In this document: one piece after another, positions 42,661-54,292 of the stretch
Position numbering within the stretch: position 1 is the stretch's first letter
How the letters are laid out: each line of letters opens with the position of its first letter
NCBI RefSeq assembly: GCF_988242995.1
Contig: NZ_OZ547043.1
DNA: 64,000 bases
Direction: 5' to 3' (one strand)
Made by a program: the position numbers and the translations under genes
The notes under the pieces: generated by a model
Databases searched by the model: none
What the model saw: only the letters and a program-made list of their open reading frames with translations
What the model was told of the DNA's origin: nothing

Positions 42661-43371
42661 TGTGCACAGAAAACCCCCAGCTAGGCTGGGGGTTCCGGAA
42701 AGCTTTCAGCTTTGAGCCAGTTATTAAAACCCCTTTTGATTTGTTAAAACACCTTGCGGTCTGGCAACTGCAAGTGTCAAACAAGAAATCAAAAGGGGGT
42801 CCCAATGGGGAACGAAAAGAGCTTAGCGCACACCCGATGGAACTGTAAATATCACATAGTTTTTGCGCCAAAATACCGAAGACAGGTGTTCTACAGAGAG
42901 AAGCGTAGAGCAATAGGCAGTATTTTGAGAAAGCTGTGTGAGTGGAAAAGCGTACGGATTCTGGAAGCTGAATGCTGTGCAGATCATATCCATATGCTTG
43001 TGGAGATCCCGCCCAAAATGAGCGTATCCGGGTTTATGGGATATCTGAAAGGGAAAAGCAGTCTGATGCTTTACGAGCAGTTTGGTGATTTGAAATTCAA
43101 ATACAGGAACAGGGAGTTCTGGTGCAGAGGGTACTACGTCGATACAGTGGGTAAGAACACGGCGAAGATACAGGATTACATAAAGCACCAGCTTGAAGAG
43201 GATAAAATGGGAGAGCAGTTATCGATTCCCTATCCGGGCAGCCCGTTTACGGGCCGTAAGTAACGAAGTTGGATGCAAATGTCAGATCGTGTGCGCCTGT
43301 TAGGGCGCGGCTGGTAAGAGAGCCTTATAGGCGCATTTGAAAAACCTCCGGCTATGCCGGAGGATATTTAT
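42661..43371 (+). mobile_element. IS200-family insertion sequence (about 711 bp)
   Basis: Left-end hairpin AAACCCCCAGCTAGGCTGGGGGTT, Y1-type transposase gene, right-end hairpin CCTCCGGC-TAT-GCCGGAGG; interrupts U. Confidence 0.85.
42805..43263 (+). CDS. tnpA: IS200 transposase TnpA (Y1 HUH)
   Basis: 152 aa from MGNEKSLAHTRWNCKYHIVFAPKYRRQ... with HxH (HIHML) motif. Confidence 0.9.
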   Translation: MGNEKSLAHTRWNCKYHIVFAPKYRRQVFYREKRRAIGSILRKLCEWKSVRILEAECCADHIHMLVEIPPKMSVSGFMGYLKGKSSLMLYEQFGDLKFKYRNREFWCRGYYVDTVGKNTAKIQDYIKHQLEEDKMGEQLSIPYPGSPFTGRK

Positions 43372-43684
43372 TTTGATGAGGCGGATTTTCCGGCAGTTGC
43401 CGTTTATCTCACCGGCGCTGAATACACGGGCGAAGAGCTGGACAGCGATACCTGGCAGGCGGAGCTGCATATCGAAGTTTTCCTGCCTGCTCAGGTGCCG
43501 GATTCAGAGCTGGATGCGTGGATGGAGTCCCGGATTTATCCGGTGATGAGCGATATCCCGGCACTGTCAGATTTGATCACCAGTATGGTGGCCAGCGGCT
43601 ATGACTACCGGCGCGACGATGATGCGGGCCTGTGGAGTTCAGCCGATCTGACTTATGTCATTACCTATGAAATGTGAGGACGCT

Positions 43685-44425
43685 ATGCCTGTACCAAATC
43701 CTACAATGCCGGTGAAAGGTGCCGGGACCACACTGTGGGTTTATAAGGGGAACGGTGACCCTTATGCGAACCCGCTTTCAGACGTGGACTGGTCGCGTCT
43801 GGCAAAAGTTAAAGACCTGACGCCCGGCGAACTGACCGCTGAGTCCTATGACGACAGCTATCTCGATGATGAAGATGCGGACTGGACTGCGACCGGGCAG
43901 GGGCAGAAATCAGCCGGAGATACCAGCTTCACGCTGGCGTGGATGCCCGGAGAGCAGGGGCAGCAGGCGCTGCTGGCGTGGTTTAATGAAGGTGATACCC
44001 GTGCCTATAAAATCCGCTTCCCGAACGGCACGGTCGATGTGTTCCGTGGCTGGGTCAGCAGTATCGGTAAAGCGGTGACGGCGAAGGAAGTGATCACCCG
44101 CACGGTGAAGGTCACCAATGTGGGACGCCCGTCGATGGCAGAAGATCGCAGCACGGTCACAGCGGCAACCGGCATGACCGTGACGCCTGCCAGCACCTCG
44201 GTGGTGAAAGGGCAGAGCACGACGCTGACCGTGGCATTCCAGCCGGAAGGCGCAACCGACAAGAGCTTCCGTGCGGTGTCTGCGGATAAAACAAAAGCCA
44301 CCGTGTCGGTCAGTGGTATGACCATCACCGTGAAAGGTGTTGCTGCAGGCAAGGTCAACATTCCGGTCGTATCCGGTAATGGTGAACTTGCTGCGGTTGC
44401 AGAAATCAACGTTACCGCCAGTTAA
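43685..44425 (+). CDS. V: Major tail protein V
   Basis: 246 aa from [22 protein letters not shown]..., matches lambda V. Confidence 0.9.
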   Translation: MPVPNPTMPVKGAGTTLWVYKGNGDPYANPLSDVDWSRLAKVKDLTPGELTAESYDDSYLDDEDADWTATGQGQKSAGDTSFTLAWMPGEQGQQALLAWFNEGDTRAYKIRFPNGTVDVFRGWVSSIGKAVTAKEVITRTVKVTNVGRPSMAEDRSTVTAATGMTVTPASTSVVKGQSTTLTVAFQPEGATDKSFRAVSADKTKATVSVSGMTITVKGVAAGKVNIPVVSGNGELAAVAEINVTAS

Positions 44426-44440
44426 TCCGGAGAGTCAGCG

Positions 44441-44863
44441 ATGTTCCTGAAAACCGAATCATTTGAACATAACGGTGTGACCGTCACGCTTTCTGAACTG
44501 TCAGCCCTGCAGCGTATTGAGCATCTCGCCCTGATGAAACGACAGGCAGAACAGGCGGAGTCAGACAGCAACCGGAAGTTTACTGTGGAAGACGCCATCA
44601 GAACCGGCGCTTTTGTGGTGGCGATGTCCCTGTGGCATAACCATCCGCAGAAGACAAAGCTGCCTTCCATGAATGAAGCCGTTAAACAGATTGAGCAGGA
44701 AGTGCTTACCACCTGGCCCACGGAGGCAATTTCTCATGCTGAAAACGTGGTGTACCGGCTGTCTGGTATGTATGAGTTTGTGGTGAATAATGCCCCTGAA
44801 CAGACAGAGGACGCCGGGCCCGCAGAGCCTGTTTCTGCGGGAAAGTGTTCGACGGTGAGCTGA
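44441..44863 (+). CDS. G: Tail assembly chaperone G
   Basis: 140-aa ORF matching lambda G. Confidence 0.9.
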   Translation: MFLKTESFEHNGVTVTLSELSALQRIEHLALMKRQAEQAESDSNRKFTVEDAIRTGAFVVAMSLWHNHPQKTKLPSMNEAVKQIEQEVLTTWPTEAISHAENVVYRLSGMYEFVVNNAPEQTEDAGPAEPVSAGKCSTVS

Positions 44864-45279
44864 GTTTTGCCCTGAAACTGGCGCGTGAGATGGGGCGACC
44901 CGACTGGCGTGCCATGCTTGCCGGGATGTCATCCACGGAGTATGCCGACTGGCACCGCTTTTACAGTACCCATTATTTTCATGATGTTCTGCTGGATATG
45001 CACTTTTCCGGGCTGACGTACACCGTGCTCAGCCTGTTTTTCAGCGATCCGGATATGCATCCGCTGGATTTCAGTCTGCTGAACCGGCGCGAGGCTGACG
45101 AAGAGCCTGAAGATGATGTGCTGATGCAGAAAGCGGCAGGGCTTGCCGGAGGTGTCCGCTTTGGCCCGGACGGGAATGAAGTTATCCCCGCTTCCCCGGA
45201 TGTGGCGGACATGACGGAGGATGACGTAATGCTGATGACAGTATCAGAAGGGATCGCAGGAGGAGTCCGGTATGGCTGA
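44441..45279 (+). CDS. T: Tail assembly chaperone G-T fusion via -1 frameshift at slippery heptamer GGGAAAG (44839-44845)
   Basis: T-frame ORF 44845-45279 overlaps the G 3' end in the -1 frame; the slippery sequence is the classic lambda G-T site. Confidence 0.8.
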
Positions 45280-47833
45280 ACCGGTAGGCGATCTGGTCGT
45301 TGATTTGAGTCTGGATGCGGCCAGATTTGACGAGCAGATGGCCAGAGTCAGGCGTCATTTTTCCGGTACGGAAAGTGATGCGAAAAAAACAGCGGCAGTC
45401 GTTGAACAGTCGCTGAGCCGACAGGCGCTGGCTGCACAGAAAGCGGGGATTTCCGTCGGGCAGTATAAAGCCGCCATGCGTATGCTGCCTGCACAGTTCA
45501 CCGACGTGGCCACGCAGCTTGCAGGCGGGCAAAGTCCGTGGCTGATCCTGCTGCAACAGGGGGGGCAGGTGAAGGACTCCTTCGGCGGGATGATCCCCAT
45601 GTTCAGGGGGCTTGCCGGTGCGATCACCCTGCCGATGGTGGGGGCCACCTCGCTGGCGGTGGCGACCGGTGCGCTGGCGTATGCCTGGTATCAGGGCAAC
45701 TCAACCCTGTCCGATTTCAACAAAACGCTGGTCCTTTCCGGCAATCAGGCGGGACTGACGGCAGATCGTATGCTGGTCCTGTCCAGAGCCGGGCAGGCGG
45801 CAGGGCTGACGTTTAACCAGACCAGCGAGTCACTCAGCGCACTGGTTAAGGCGGGGGTAAGCGGTGAGGCTCAGATTGCGTCCATCAGCCAGAGTGTGGC
45901 GCGTTTCTCCTCTGCATCCGGCGTGGAGGTGGACAAGGTCGCTGAAGCCTTCGGGAAGCTGACCACAGACCCGACGTCTGGGCTGACGGCGATGGCACGC
46001 CAGTTCCATAACGTGACGGCGGAGCAGATTGCGTATGTTGCTCAGTTGCAGCGTTCCGGCGATGAAGCCGGGGCATTGCAGGCGGCGAACGAGGCCGCAA
46101 CGAAAGGGTTTGATGACCAGACCCGCCGCCTGAAAGAGAACATGGGCACGCTGGAGACCTGGGCAGACAGGACTGCGCGGGCATTCAAATCCATGTGGGA
46201 TGCGGTGCTGGATATTGGTCGTCCTGATACCGCGCAGGAGATGCTGATTAAGGCAGAGGCTGCGTTTAAGAAAGCAGACGACATCTGGAATCTGCGCAAG
46301 GATGATTATTTTGTTAACGATGAAGCGCGGGCGCGTTACTGGGATGATCGTGAAAAGGCCCGTCTTGCGCTTGAAGCCGCCCGAAAGAAGGCTGAGCAGC
46401 AGACTCAACAGGACAAAAATGCGCAGCAGCAGAGCGATACCGAAGCGTCACGGCTGAAATATACCGAAGAGGCGCAGAAGGCTTACGAACGGCTGCAGAC
46501 GCCGCTGGAGAAATATACCGCCCGTCAGGAAGAACTGAACAAGGCACTGAAAGACGGGAAAATCCTGCAGGCGGATTACAACACGCTGATGGCGGCGGCG
46601 AAAAAGGATTATGAAGCGACGCTGAAAAAGCCGAAACAGTCCGGCGTGAAGGTGTCTGCGGGCGATCGTCAGGAAGACAGTGCTCATGCTGCCCTGCTGA
46701 CGCTTCAGGCAGAACTCCGGACGCTGGAGAAGCATGCCGGAGCAAATGAGAAAATCAGCCAGCAGCGCCGGGATTTGTGGAAGGCGGAGAGTCAGTTCGC
46801 GGTACTGGAGGAGGCGGCGCAACGTCGCCAGCTGTCTGCACAGGAGAAATCCCTGCTGGCGCATAAAGATGAGACGCTGGAGTACAAACGCCAGCTGGCT
46901 GCACTTGGCGACAAGGTTACGTATCAGGAGCGCCTGAACGCGCTGGCGCAGCAGGCGGATAAATTCGCACAGCAGCAACGGGCAAAACGGGCCGCCATTG
47001 ATGCGAAAAGCCGGGGGCTGACTGACCGGCAGGCAGAACGGGAAGCCACGGAACAGCGCCTGAAGGAACAGTATGGCGATAATCCGCTGGCGCTGAATAA
47101 CGTCATGTCAGAGCAGAAAAAGACCTGGGCGGCTGAAGACCAGCTTCGCGGGAACTGGATGGCAGGCCTGAAGTCCGGCTGGAGTGAGTGGGAAGAGAGC
47201 GCCACGGACAGTATGTCGCAGGTAAAAAGTGCAGCCACGCAGACCTTTGATGGTATTGCACAGAATATGGCGGCGATGCTGACCGGCAGTGAGCAGAACT
47301 GGCGCAGCTTCACCCGTTCCGTGCTGTCCATGATGACAGAAATTCTGCTTAAGCAGGCAATGGTGGGGATTGTCGGGAGTATCGGCAGCGCCATTGGCGG
47401 GGCTGTTGGTGGCGGCGCATCCGCGTCAGGCGGTACAGCCATTCAGGCCGCTGCGGCGAAATTCCATTTTGCAACCGGAGGATTCACAGGAACCGGCGGC
47501 AAATATGAGCCAGCGGGGATTGTTCACCGTGGTGAATTTGTCTTCACGAAGGAGGCAACCAGCCGGATTGGCGTGGGGAATCTCTACCGGCTGATGCGCG
47601 GCTATGCCACCGGTGGTTATGTCGGTACACCGGGCAGTCTGGCTGACAGCCGGTCGCAGGCGTCCGGGACGTTTGAGCAGAATAACCATGTGGTGATTAA
47701 CAACGACGGCACGAACGGGCAGATAGGTCCGGCTGCTCTGAAGGCGGTGTATGACATGGCCCGCAAGGGTGCCCGTGATGAAATTCAGACACAGATGCGT
47801 GATGGTGGCCTGTTCTCCGGAGGTGGACGATGA
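45272..47833 (+). CDS. H: Tape measure protein H
   Basis: 853-aa ORF matching lambda H. Confidence 0.95.
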   Translation: MAEPVGDLVVDLSLDAARFDEQMARVRRHFSGTESDAKKTAAVVEQSLSRQALAAQKAGISVGQYKAAMRMLPAQFTDVATQLAGGQSPWLILLQQGGQVKDSFGGMIPMFRGLAGAITLPMVGATSLAVATGALAYAWYQGNSTLSDFNKTLVLSGNQAGLTADRMLVLSRAGQAAGLTFNQTSESLSALVKAGVSGEAQIASISQSVARFSSASGVEVDKVAEAFGKLTTDPTSGLTAMARQFHNVTAEQIAYVAQLQRSGDEAGALQAANEAATKGFDDQTRRLKENMGTLETWADRTARAFKSMWDAVLDIGRPDTAQEMLIKAEAAFKKADDIWNLRKDDYFVNDEARARYWDDREKARLALEAARKKAEQQTQQDKNAQQQSDTEASRLKYTEEAQKAYERLQTPLEKYTARQEELNKALKDGKILQADYNTLMAAAKKDYEATLKKPKQSGVKVSAGDRQEDSAHAALLTLQAELRTLEKHAGANEKISQQRRDLWKAESQFAVLEEAAQRRQLSAQEKSLLAHKDETLEYKRQLAALGDKVTYQERLNALAQQADKFAQQQRAKRAAIDAKSRGLTDRQAEREATEQRLKEQYGDNPLALNNVMSEQKKTWAAEDQLRGNWMAGLKSGWSEWEESATDSMSQVKSAATQTFDGIAQNMAAMLTGSEQNWRSFTRSVLSMMTEILLKQAMVGIVGSIGSAIGGAVGGGASASGGTAIQAAAAKFHFATGGFTGTGGKYEPAGIVHRGEFVFTKEATSRIGVGNLYRLMRGYATGGYVGTPGSLADSRSQASGTFEQNNHVVINNDGTNGQIGPAALKAVYDMARKGARDEIQTQMRDGGLFSGGGR

Positions 47834-48159
47834 AAACCTTCCGCTGGAAAGTGAAACCCGGTATGGATGTGGCTTCGGCCCCTTCTGTAAGAAAGGTGCG
47901 CTTTGGTGATGGCTATTCCCAGCGAGCGCCTGCCGGGCTGAATGCCAACCTGAAAACGTACAGCGTGACGCTTTCTGTCCCCCGTGAGGAGGCCACGGTA
48001 CTGGAGTCGTTTCTGGCTGAGCACGGGGGCTGGAAGGCCTTTCTGTGGACGCCGCCTTATGGCTACCGGCAGATAAAGGTGACCTGCGCAAAATGGTCGT
48101 CGCGGGTCAGTATGTTGCGTGTTGAGTTCAGCGCAGAGTTTGAACAGGTGGTGAACTGA
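47830..48159 (+). CDS. M: Minor tail protein M
   Basis: 109-aa ORF matching lambda M. Confidence 0.9.
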   Translation: MKTFRWKVKPGMDVASAPSVRKVRFGDGYSQRAPAGLNANLKTYSVTLSVPREEATVLESFLAEHGGWKAFLWTPPYGYRQIKVTCAKWSSRVSMLRVEFSAEFEQVVN

Positions 48160-48857
48160 TGCAGGATATCCGACAGGAAACACTGAATGAATGCACCCGT
48201 GCGGAGCAGTCGGCCAGCGTGGTGCTCTGGGAAATCGACCTGACAGAGGTCGGTGGAGAACGTTATTTTTTCTGTAATGAGCAGAACGAAAAAGGTGAGC
48301 CGGTCACCTGGCAGGGGCGACAGTATCAGCCGTATCCCATTCAGGGGAGCGGTTTTGAACTGAATGGCAAAGGCACCAGTACGCGCCCCACGCTGACGGT
48401 TTCTAACCTGTACGGTATGGTCACCGGGATGGCGGAAGATCTGCAGAGTCTGGTCGGCGGAACGGTGGTCAGGCGTAAGGTTTATGCCCGTTTTCTGGAT
48501 GCGGTGAACTTCGTCAACGGAAACAGAGACGCCGATCCGGAGCAGGAGGTGATCAGCCGCTGGCGCATTGAGCAGTGCAGCGAACTGAGCGCGGTGAGTG
48601 CCTCTTTTGTACTGTCCACGCCGACGGAAACGGACGGCGCTGTTTTTCCGGGACGTATCATGCTGGCCAACACCTGCACCTGGACCTATCGCGGCGATGA
48701 GTGCGGTTATCACGGTCCGGCGGTCGCGGATGAATATGACCAGCCAACGTCCGATATCACGAAGGATAAATGCAGCAAATGCCTGAGCGGTTGTAAGTTC
48801 CGCAATAACGTCGGCAACTTTGGCGGCTTCCTTTCCATTAACAAACTTTCGCAGTAA
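48159..48857 (+). CDS. L: Minor tail protein L
   Basis: 232-aa ORF matching lambda L. Confidence 0.9.
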   Translation: MQDIRQETLNECTRAEQSASVVLWEIDLTEVGGERYFFCNEQNEKGEPVTWQGRQYQPYPIQGSGFELNGKGTSTRPTLTVSNLYGMVTGMAEDLQSLVGGTVVRRKVYARFLDAVNFVNGNRDADPEQEVISRWRIEQCSELSAVSASFVLSTPTETDGAVFPGRIMLANTCTWTYRGDECGYHGPAVADEYDQPTSDITKDKCSKCLSGCKFRNNVGNFGGFLSINKLSQ

Positions 48858-48861
48858 TCCC

Positions 48862-49605
48862 ATGACAGAGACAGAATCAGCGATTCTGGCGCACGCCCGG
48901 CGATGTGCGCCAGCGGAGTCGTGCGGCTTCGTGGTAAGCACGCCGGAGGGGGAAAGATATTTCCCCTGCGTGAATATCTCCGGTGAGCCGGAGGCGTATT
49001 TCCGTATGTCGCCGGAAGACTGGCTGCAGGCAGAAATGCAGGGTGAGATTGTGGCGCTGGTCCACAGCCACCCCGGTGGTCTGCCCTGGCTGAGTGAGGC
49101 CGACCGGCGGCTGCAGGTGCAGAGTGATTTGCCGTGGTGGCTGGTCTGCCGGGGGGCGATTCATAAGTTCCGCTGTGTGCCGCATCTCACCGGGCGGCGC
49201 TTTGAGCACGGGGTGACGGACTGTTACACGCTGTTCCGGGATGCTTATCATCTGGCGGGGATTGAGATGCCGGATTTTCATCGCGAGGATGACTGGTGGC
49301 GTCACGGTCAGAATCTCTATCTGGATAATCTGGAGGCCACAGGGCTGTATCAGGTGCCGTTGTCATCAGCACAACCGGGCGATGTGCTGCTGTGCTGTTT
49401 TGGTTCATCGGTGCCGAATCATGCCGCCATTTACTGTGGTGATGGCGAGCTGCTGCACCATATTCCTGAACAACTGAGCAAACGAGAGAGGTATACCGAC
49501 AAATGGCAGCGACGCACACACTCCCTCTGGCGTCACCGGGCATGGCGCGCATCTGCCTTTACGGGGATTTACAACGATTTGGTCGCCGCATCGACCTTCG
49601 TGTGA
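48862..49605 (+). CDS. K: Tail tip assembly protein K
   Basis: From MTETESAILAHARRCAPAESCGF...; HSHPGG motif; matches lambda K. Confidence 0.85.
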   Translation: MTETESAILAHARRCAPAESCGFVVSTPEGERYFPCVNISGEPEAYFRMSPEDWLQAEMQGEIVALVHSHPGGLPWLSEADRRLQVQSDLPWWLVCRGAIHKFRCVPHLTGRRFEHGVTDCYTLFRDAYHLAGIEMPDFHREDDWWRHGQNLYLDNLEATGLYQVPLSSAQPGDVLLCCFGSSVPNHAAIYCGDGELLHHIPEQLSKRERYTDKWQRRTHSLWRHRAWRASAFTGIYNDLVAASTFV

Positions 49606-50144
49606 AAACGGGGGCTGAAGCCATCCGGGCGCTGGCCACACAGCTCCCGGCGTTTCGTCAGAAACTGAGCGACGGCTGGTATCAGGTACGGATTGCCGGG
49701 CGTGATACAGGTGAAACGGAATTATCAGCCCGTCTTAATGAACCGCTGGCAAATGGTGCTGTGATCCATATCGTGCCGCGTCTGGCAGGAGCCAAAAGTG
49801 GCGGTGTGTTTCAGGCTGTGCTGGGGGCGGCTGTTATGGCGGTTGCTATATGGATGCCGGGGGTAGGAATTATGGCGAGTAATCTGCTGTTTTCTCTCGG
49901 TGCCAGTATGACGCTTGGCGGTGTTGCACAGATGCTGGCCCCTAAACCCAAAACCCCCCGCACACAGACAACGGATAACGGCAAACAGAACACCTATTTT
50001 TCTTCACTGGATAATATGGTTGCCCAGGGCAATGTTCTGCCCGTTCTGTACGGTGAAATGCGCGTGGGATCACGTGTGGTATCTCAGGAGATCAGCACAG
50101 CAGATGAAGGTGATGGTGGTCAGGTTGTGGTGATTGGTCGCTGA
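49503..50144 (+). CDS. I: Tail assembly protein I
   Basis: 213-aa ORF matching lambda I; overlaps the K 3' end. Confidence 0.85.
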   Translation: MAATHTLPLASPGMARICLYGDLQRFGRRIDLRVKTGAEAIRALATQLPAFRQKLSDGWYQVRIAGRDTGETELSARLNEPLANGAVIHIVPRLAGAKSGGVFQAVLGAAVMAVAIWMPGVGIMASNLLFSLGASMTLGGVAQMLAPKPKTPRTQTTDNGKQNTYFSSLDNMVAQGNVLPVLYGEMRVGSRVVSQEISTADEGDGGQVVVIGR

Positions 50145-50204
50145 TGAAAAACGTTTTATGTGAAACCGCCTCCGGGCGGTTTTATCGTTTATGGAGCATG
50201 ACGA

Positions 50205-53200
50205 ATGGGTAAAGGCAGCAGTAAGGGGCATACCCCGCGCGAAGCGAAGGACAACCTGAAGTCCACGCAGCTGCTGAGTGTGATCGATGCCATCAGCGAA
50301 GGGCCGGTTGAAGGTCCGGTGGATGGATTAAAAAGCGTGCTGCTGAACAGTACGCCGGTGCTGGACAGTGAGGGGAATACCAATATATCCGGCGTCACGG
50401 TGGTGTTCCGGGCCGGTGAGCAGGAGCAGACTCCGCCGGAGGGATTTGAATCCTCCGGTTCCGAGACGGTGCTGGGTACGGAAGTGAAATATGACACGCC
50501 GATCACCCGCACCATCACGTCGGCAAACATCGACCGTCTGCGCTTTACCTTCGGTGTGCAGGCACTGGTGGAAACCACCTCAAAGGGGGACAGGAATCCA
50601 TCGGAAGTCCGCCTGCTGGTTCAGATACAACGTAACGGTGGCTGGGTGACGGAAAAAGACATCACCATTAAGGGTAAAACCACCTCGCAGTATCTGGCCT
50701 CAGTGGTGGTGGATAACCTGCCGCCGCGCCCGTTTAATATCCGGATGCGCAGGATGACGCCGGACAGCACCACAGACCAGCTGCAGAACAAAACGCTCTG
50801 GTCGTCATACACCGAAATCATCGATGTGAAACAGTGCTACCCGAACACGGCACTGGTCGGCGTGCAGGTGGACTCGGAGCAGTTCGGCAGCCAGCAGGTG
50901 AGCCGTAATTATCATCTGCGCGGGCGTATTCTGCAGGTGCCGTCGAACTATAACCCGCAGACGCGGCAATACAGCGGTATCTGGGACGGGACGTTTAAAC
51001 CGGCATACAGCAACAACATGGCCTGGTGTCTGTGGGATATGCTGACCCATCCGCGCTACGGCATGGGGAAGCGTCTCGGTGCGGCGGATGTGGACAAATG
51101 GGCGCTGTATGTCATCGGCCAGAATTGCGACCAGTCGGTGCCGGATGGCTTTGGTGGCACGGAGCCGCGCATCACCTGTAATGCCTGGCTGACCACGCAG
51201 CGCAAGGCGTGGGATGTGCTCAGTGATTTCTGCTCGGCGATGCGCTGTATGCCGGTATGGAACGGGCAGACGCTGACGTTCGTGCAGGACCGGCCATCGG
51301 ATAAGGTGTGGACCTATAACCGCAGTAATGTGGTGATGCCGGATGATGGCGCGCCGTTCCGCTACAGCTTCAGCGCCCTGAAGGACCGTCATAATGCCGT
51401 TGAGGTGAACTGGATTGACCCGGATAACGGCTGGGAGACGGCGACAGAGCTTGTGGAGGACACGCAGGCCATTGCCCGTTACGGTCGTAACGTCACGAAG
51501 ATGGATGCCTTTGGCTGTACCAGCCGGGGGCAGGCACACCGCGCCGGGCTGTGGCTGATTAAAACAGAACTGCTGGAAACGCAGACCGTGGATTTCAGCG
51601 TCGGCGCAGAAGGGCTTCGCCATGTACCGGGTGATGTTATTGAAATCTGCGATGATGACTATGCGGGGATCAGCATTGGCGGGCGCGTGCTGGCGGTGAA
51701 CAGCCAGACCCGGACGCTGACGCTCGACCGTGAAATCACGCTGCCATCCTCCGGTACCACGCTGATAAGCCTGGTTGACGGGCAGGGGAGTCCGGTCAGC
51801 GTGGAGGTTCAGTCCGTCACCGACGGCGTGAAGGTGAAAGTGAGTCGGGTTCCTGACGGCGTTGCCGAATACAGCGTGTGGGGGCTGAAGCTGCCGACGC
51901 TGCGCCAGCGCCTGTTCCGCTGTGTGAGTATCCGTGAGAACGATGACGGCACGTATGCCATCACCGCCGTGCAGCATGTACCGGAAAAAGAAGCCATCGT
52001 GGATAACGGGGCGCACTTTGACGGCGACCAGAGCGGCACGGTGAATGGTGTCACGCCGCCAGCGGTGCAGCACCTGACCGCCGAAGTCACCGCAGACAGC
52101 GGGGAATATCAGGTGCTGGCGCGATGGGACACGCCGAAGGTGGTGAAGGGCGTGAGCTTCCTGCTTCGCCTTACCGTGGCAGCGGACGACGGCAGTGAGC
52201 GGCTGGTCAGCATGGCCCGGACGACGGAAACCACATACCGCTTCAGGCAACTGGCGCTGGGGAACTACAGGCTGACAGTCCGGGCGGTAAATGCGTGGGG
52301 GCAGCAGGGCGATCCGGCGTCGGTATCGTTCCGGATTGCCGCACCGGCAGCACCGTCGAGGATTGAGCTGACGCCGGGCTATTTTCAGATAACCGCCACG
52401 CCGCATCTTGCCGTTTATGACCCGACGGTACAGTTTGAGTTCTGGTTCTCGGAAAATCGGATTGCGGATATCAGGCAGGTTGAAACCAGCGCGCGTTATC
52501 TTGGCACGGCGCTGTACTGGATAGCCGCCAGTATCAATATCAAACCGGGCCATGATTATTATTTTTACGTTCGCAGTGTGAACACCGTCGGCAAATCGAC
52601 ATTCGTGGAGGCTGTCGGTCGGGTGAGCGATGATGCGGAAGGTTACCTGGATTTTTTCAAAGGCAAGATAACCGAATCCCATCTCGGCAAGGAGCTGCTG
52701 GAAAAAGTCGAGCTGACGGAGGATAACGCCAGCAGACTGGAGGAGTTTTCGAAAGAGTGGAAGGACGCCAACGATAAGTGGAATGCCATGTGGGCTGTCA
52801 AAATTGAGCAGACCAAAGACGGCAAACATTATGTCGCGGGTATTGGCCTCAGCATGGAGGACACGGAGGAAGGCAAACTGAGCCAGTTCCTGGTTGCCGC
52901 TAACCGTATCGCATTTATTGACCCGGCAAACGGGAATGAAACGCCGATGTTTGTGGCGCAGGGCAATCAGATATTCATGAACGAAGTGTTCCTGAAATAT
53001 CTGACGGCTCCCACCATTACCAGCGGCGGTAATCCTCCGGCATTTTCCCTGACACCGGACGGGCGGCTGACGGCGAAAAATGCCGATATCAGCGGTAACG
53101 TGAATGCGAACTCCGGGACGCTCAACAACGTCACGATTAACGAGAACTGCCGGGTTCTGGGAAAACTGTCCGCGAACCAGATTGAAGGCGATCTCGTTAA

Positions 53201-53600
53201 AACAGTGGGCAAAGCTTTCCCCCGTGACTCCCGGGCACCGGAGCGGTGGCCATCAGGGACCATTACCGTCAGGGTTTATGACGATCAGCCGTTTGACCGG
53301 CAAATTGTTATTCCGGCGGTGGCATTCAGTGGCGCTAAGCATGAGAGAGAGCATACTGATATTTACTCCTCATGCCGTCTGATAGTGCGGAAAAACGGTG
53401 CTGAAATTTATAACCGTACCGCGCTGGATAATACGCTGATTTACAGTGGCGTTATTGATATGCCTGCCGGTCACGGTCACATGACACTGGAGTTTTCGGT
53501 GTCAGCATGGCTGGTAAATGGCTGGTATCCCACAGCAAGTATCAGCGATTTGCTGGTTGTTGTGATGAAGAAAGCCACTGCAGGCATCACGATTAGCTGA
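50205..53600 (+). CDS. J: Tail tip / host-specificity protein J
   Basis: 1131-aa ORF matching lambda J. Confidence 0.95.
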   Translation: MGKGSSKGHTPREAKDNLKSTQLLSVIDAISEGPVEGPVDGLKSVLLNSTPVLDSEGNTNISGVTVVFRAGEQEQTPPEGFESSGSETVLGTEVKYDTPITRTITSANIDRLRFTFGVQALVETTSKGDRNPSEVRLLVQIQRNGGWVTEKDITIKGKTTSQYLASVVVDNLPPRPFNIRMRRMTPDSTTDQLQNKTLWSSYTEIIDVKQCYPNTALVGVQVDSEQFGSQQVSRNYHLRGRILQVPSNYNPQTRQYSGIWDGTFKPAYSNNMAWCLWDMLTHPRYGMGKRLGAADVDKWALYVIGQNCDQSVPDGFGGTEPRITCNAWLTTQRKAWDVLSDFCSAMRCMPVWNGQTLTFVQDRPSDKVWTYNRSNVVMPDDGAPFRYSFSALKDRHNAVEVNWIDPDNGWETATELVEDTQAIARYGRNVTKMDAFGCTSRGQAHRAGLWLIKTELLETQTVDFSVGAEGLRHVPGDVIEICDDDYAGISIGGRVLAVNSQTRTLTLDREITLPSSGTTLISLVDGQGSPVSVEVQSVTDGVKVKVSRVPDGVAEYSVWGLKLPTLRQRLFRCVSIRENDDGTYAITAVQHVPEKEAIVDNGAHFDGDQSGTVNGVTPPAVQHLTAEVTADSGEYQVLARWDTPKVVKGVSFLLRLTVAADDGSERLVSMARTTETTYRFRQLALGNYRLTVRAVNAWGQQGDPASVSFRIAAPAAPSRIELTPGYFQITATPHLAVYDPTVQFEFWFSENRIADIRQVETSARYLGTALYWIAASINIKPGHDYYFYVRSVNTVGKSTFVEAVGRVSDDAEGYLDFFKGKITESHLGKELLEKVELTEDNASRLEEFSKEWKDANDKWNAMWAVKIEQTKDGKHYVAGIGLSMEDTEEGKLSQFLVAANRIAFIDPANGNETPMFVAQGNQIFMNEVFLKYLTAPTITSGGNPPAFSLTPDGRLTAKNADISGNVNANSGTLNNVTINENCRVLGKLSANQIEGDLVKTVGKAFPRDSRAPERWPSGTITVRVYDDQPFDRQIVIPAVAFSGAKHEREHTDIYSSCRLIVRKNGAEIYNRTALDNTLIYSGVIDMPAGHGHMTLEFSVSAWLVNGWYPTASISDLLVVVMKKATAGITIS

Positions 53601-53618
53601 ATTTTATAACCCAGATAC

Positions 53619-53645
53619 GGGCACCAGAAATGGTGCCTTTTTTAT
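53619..53645 (+). terminator. Rho-independent terminator after J
   Basis: GGGCACC-AGAAAT-GGTGCC hairpin followed by TTTTTTT. Confidence 0.55.
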
Positions 53646-53667
53646 TGCAGAAAAGCGAGAGGTAATT

Positions 53668-54267
53668 ATGCGTAAATTATGTGCTGTTATTCTGTCCGCA
53701 GTAGTCTGGCTGGTTGCCGCTGGTACGCCAGCGAGCGCAGCAGAGCATCAGTCCACACTAAGCGCCGGGTATCTTCAGACCCATACTGATATGCCAGGCA
53801 GTGATGACCTGAAGGGCATTAACGTGAAATACCGTTATGAATTTACGGACATGCTGGGGCTGGTGACGTCATTCAGTTATGCCAATGCCAAAGATGAGCA
53901 AAGAACGCATTACAGCGATACCCGCTGGCATGAAGATTCAGTGCGTAACCGCTGGTTCAGCATGATGGCGGGGCCATCTGTACGCGTGAATGAATGGTTC
54001 AGTGCTTATGCGATGGCAGGTGTGGCTTACAGCCGTGTTTCGACGTTCTCCGGGGATTATCTCCGCGTAACTGACAACAAGGGGAAAACGCACGATGTGC
54101 TGACCGGAAGTGATGACGATCGCCACAGCAACACGTCTCTGGCGTGGGGAGCTGGCGTGCAGTTTAACCCGACCGAATCCGTGGCCATTGATATTGCTTA
54201 TGAAGGCTCCGGCAGTGGCGACTGGCGCACTGACGGTTTCATCGTGGGTGTCGGTTATAAGTTCTGA
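53668..54267 (+). CDS. lom: Outer-membrane protein Lom
   Basis: 199-aa ORF matching lambda Lom (Ail/Lom family). Confidence 0.9.
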   Translation: MRKLCAVILSAVVWLVAAGTPASAAEHQSTLSAGYLQTHTDMPGSDDLKGINVKYRYEFTDMLGLVTSFSYANAKDEQRTHYSDTRWHEDSVRNRWFSMMAGPSVRVNEWFSAYAMAGVAYSRVSTFSGDYLRVTDNKGKTHDVLTGSDDDRHSNTSLAWGAGVQFNPTESVAIDIAYEGSGSGDWRTDGFIVGVGYKF

Positions 54268-54292
54268 TTAGCCAGGTAACACAGTGTTATGA

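Larger units (their letters stand above)
42571..43677 (+). pseudogene. U: Tail terminator gene U interrupted by IS200 (5' part 42571-42660, 3' part 43372-43677)
   Basis: MKHTELRAAVLDALEKHDTGATFFDGRPAV | IS200 | FDEADFPAVAVYLTG...; the two parts are contiguous in lambda U. Confidence 0.85.

Noticed and set aside
45830-46978. Several 140-190-aa minus-strand ORFs
   Set aside because: All are antisense within tape-measure gene H.
50805-52829. 674-aa ORF on the minus strand
   Set aside because: Lies entirely antisense within the well-supported J gene; Arg/His/Pro-rich composition typical of a spurious antisense frame.
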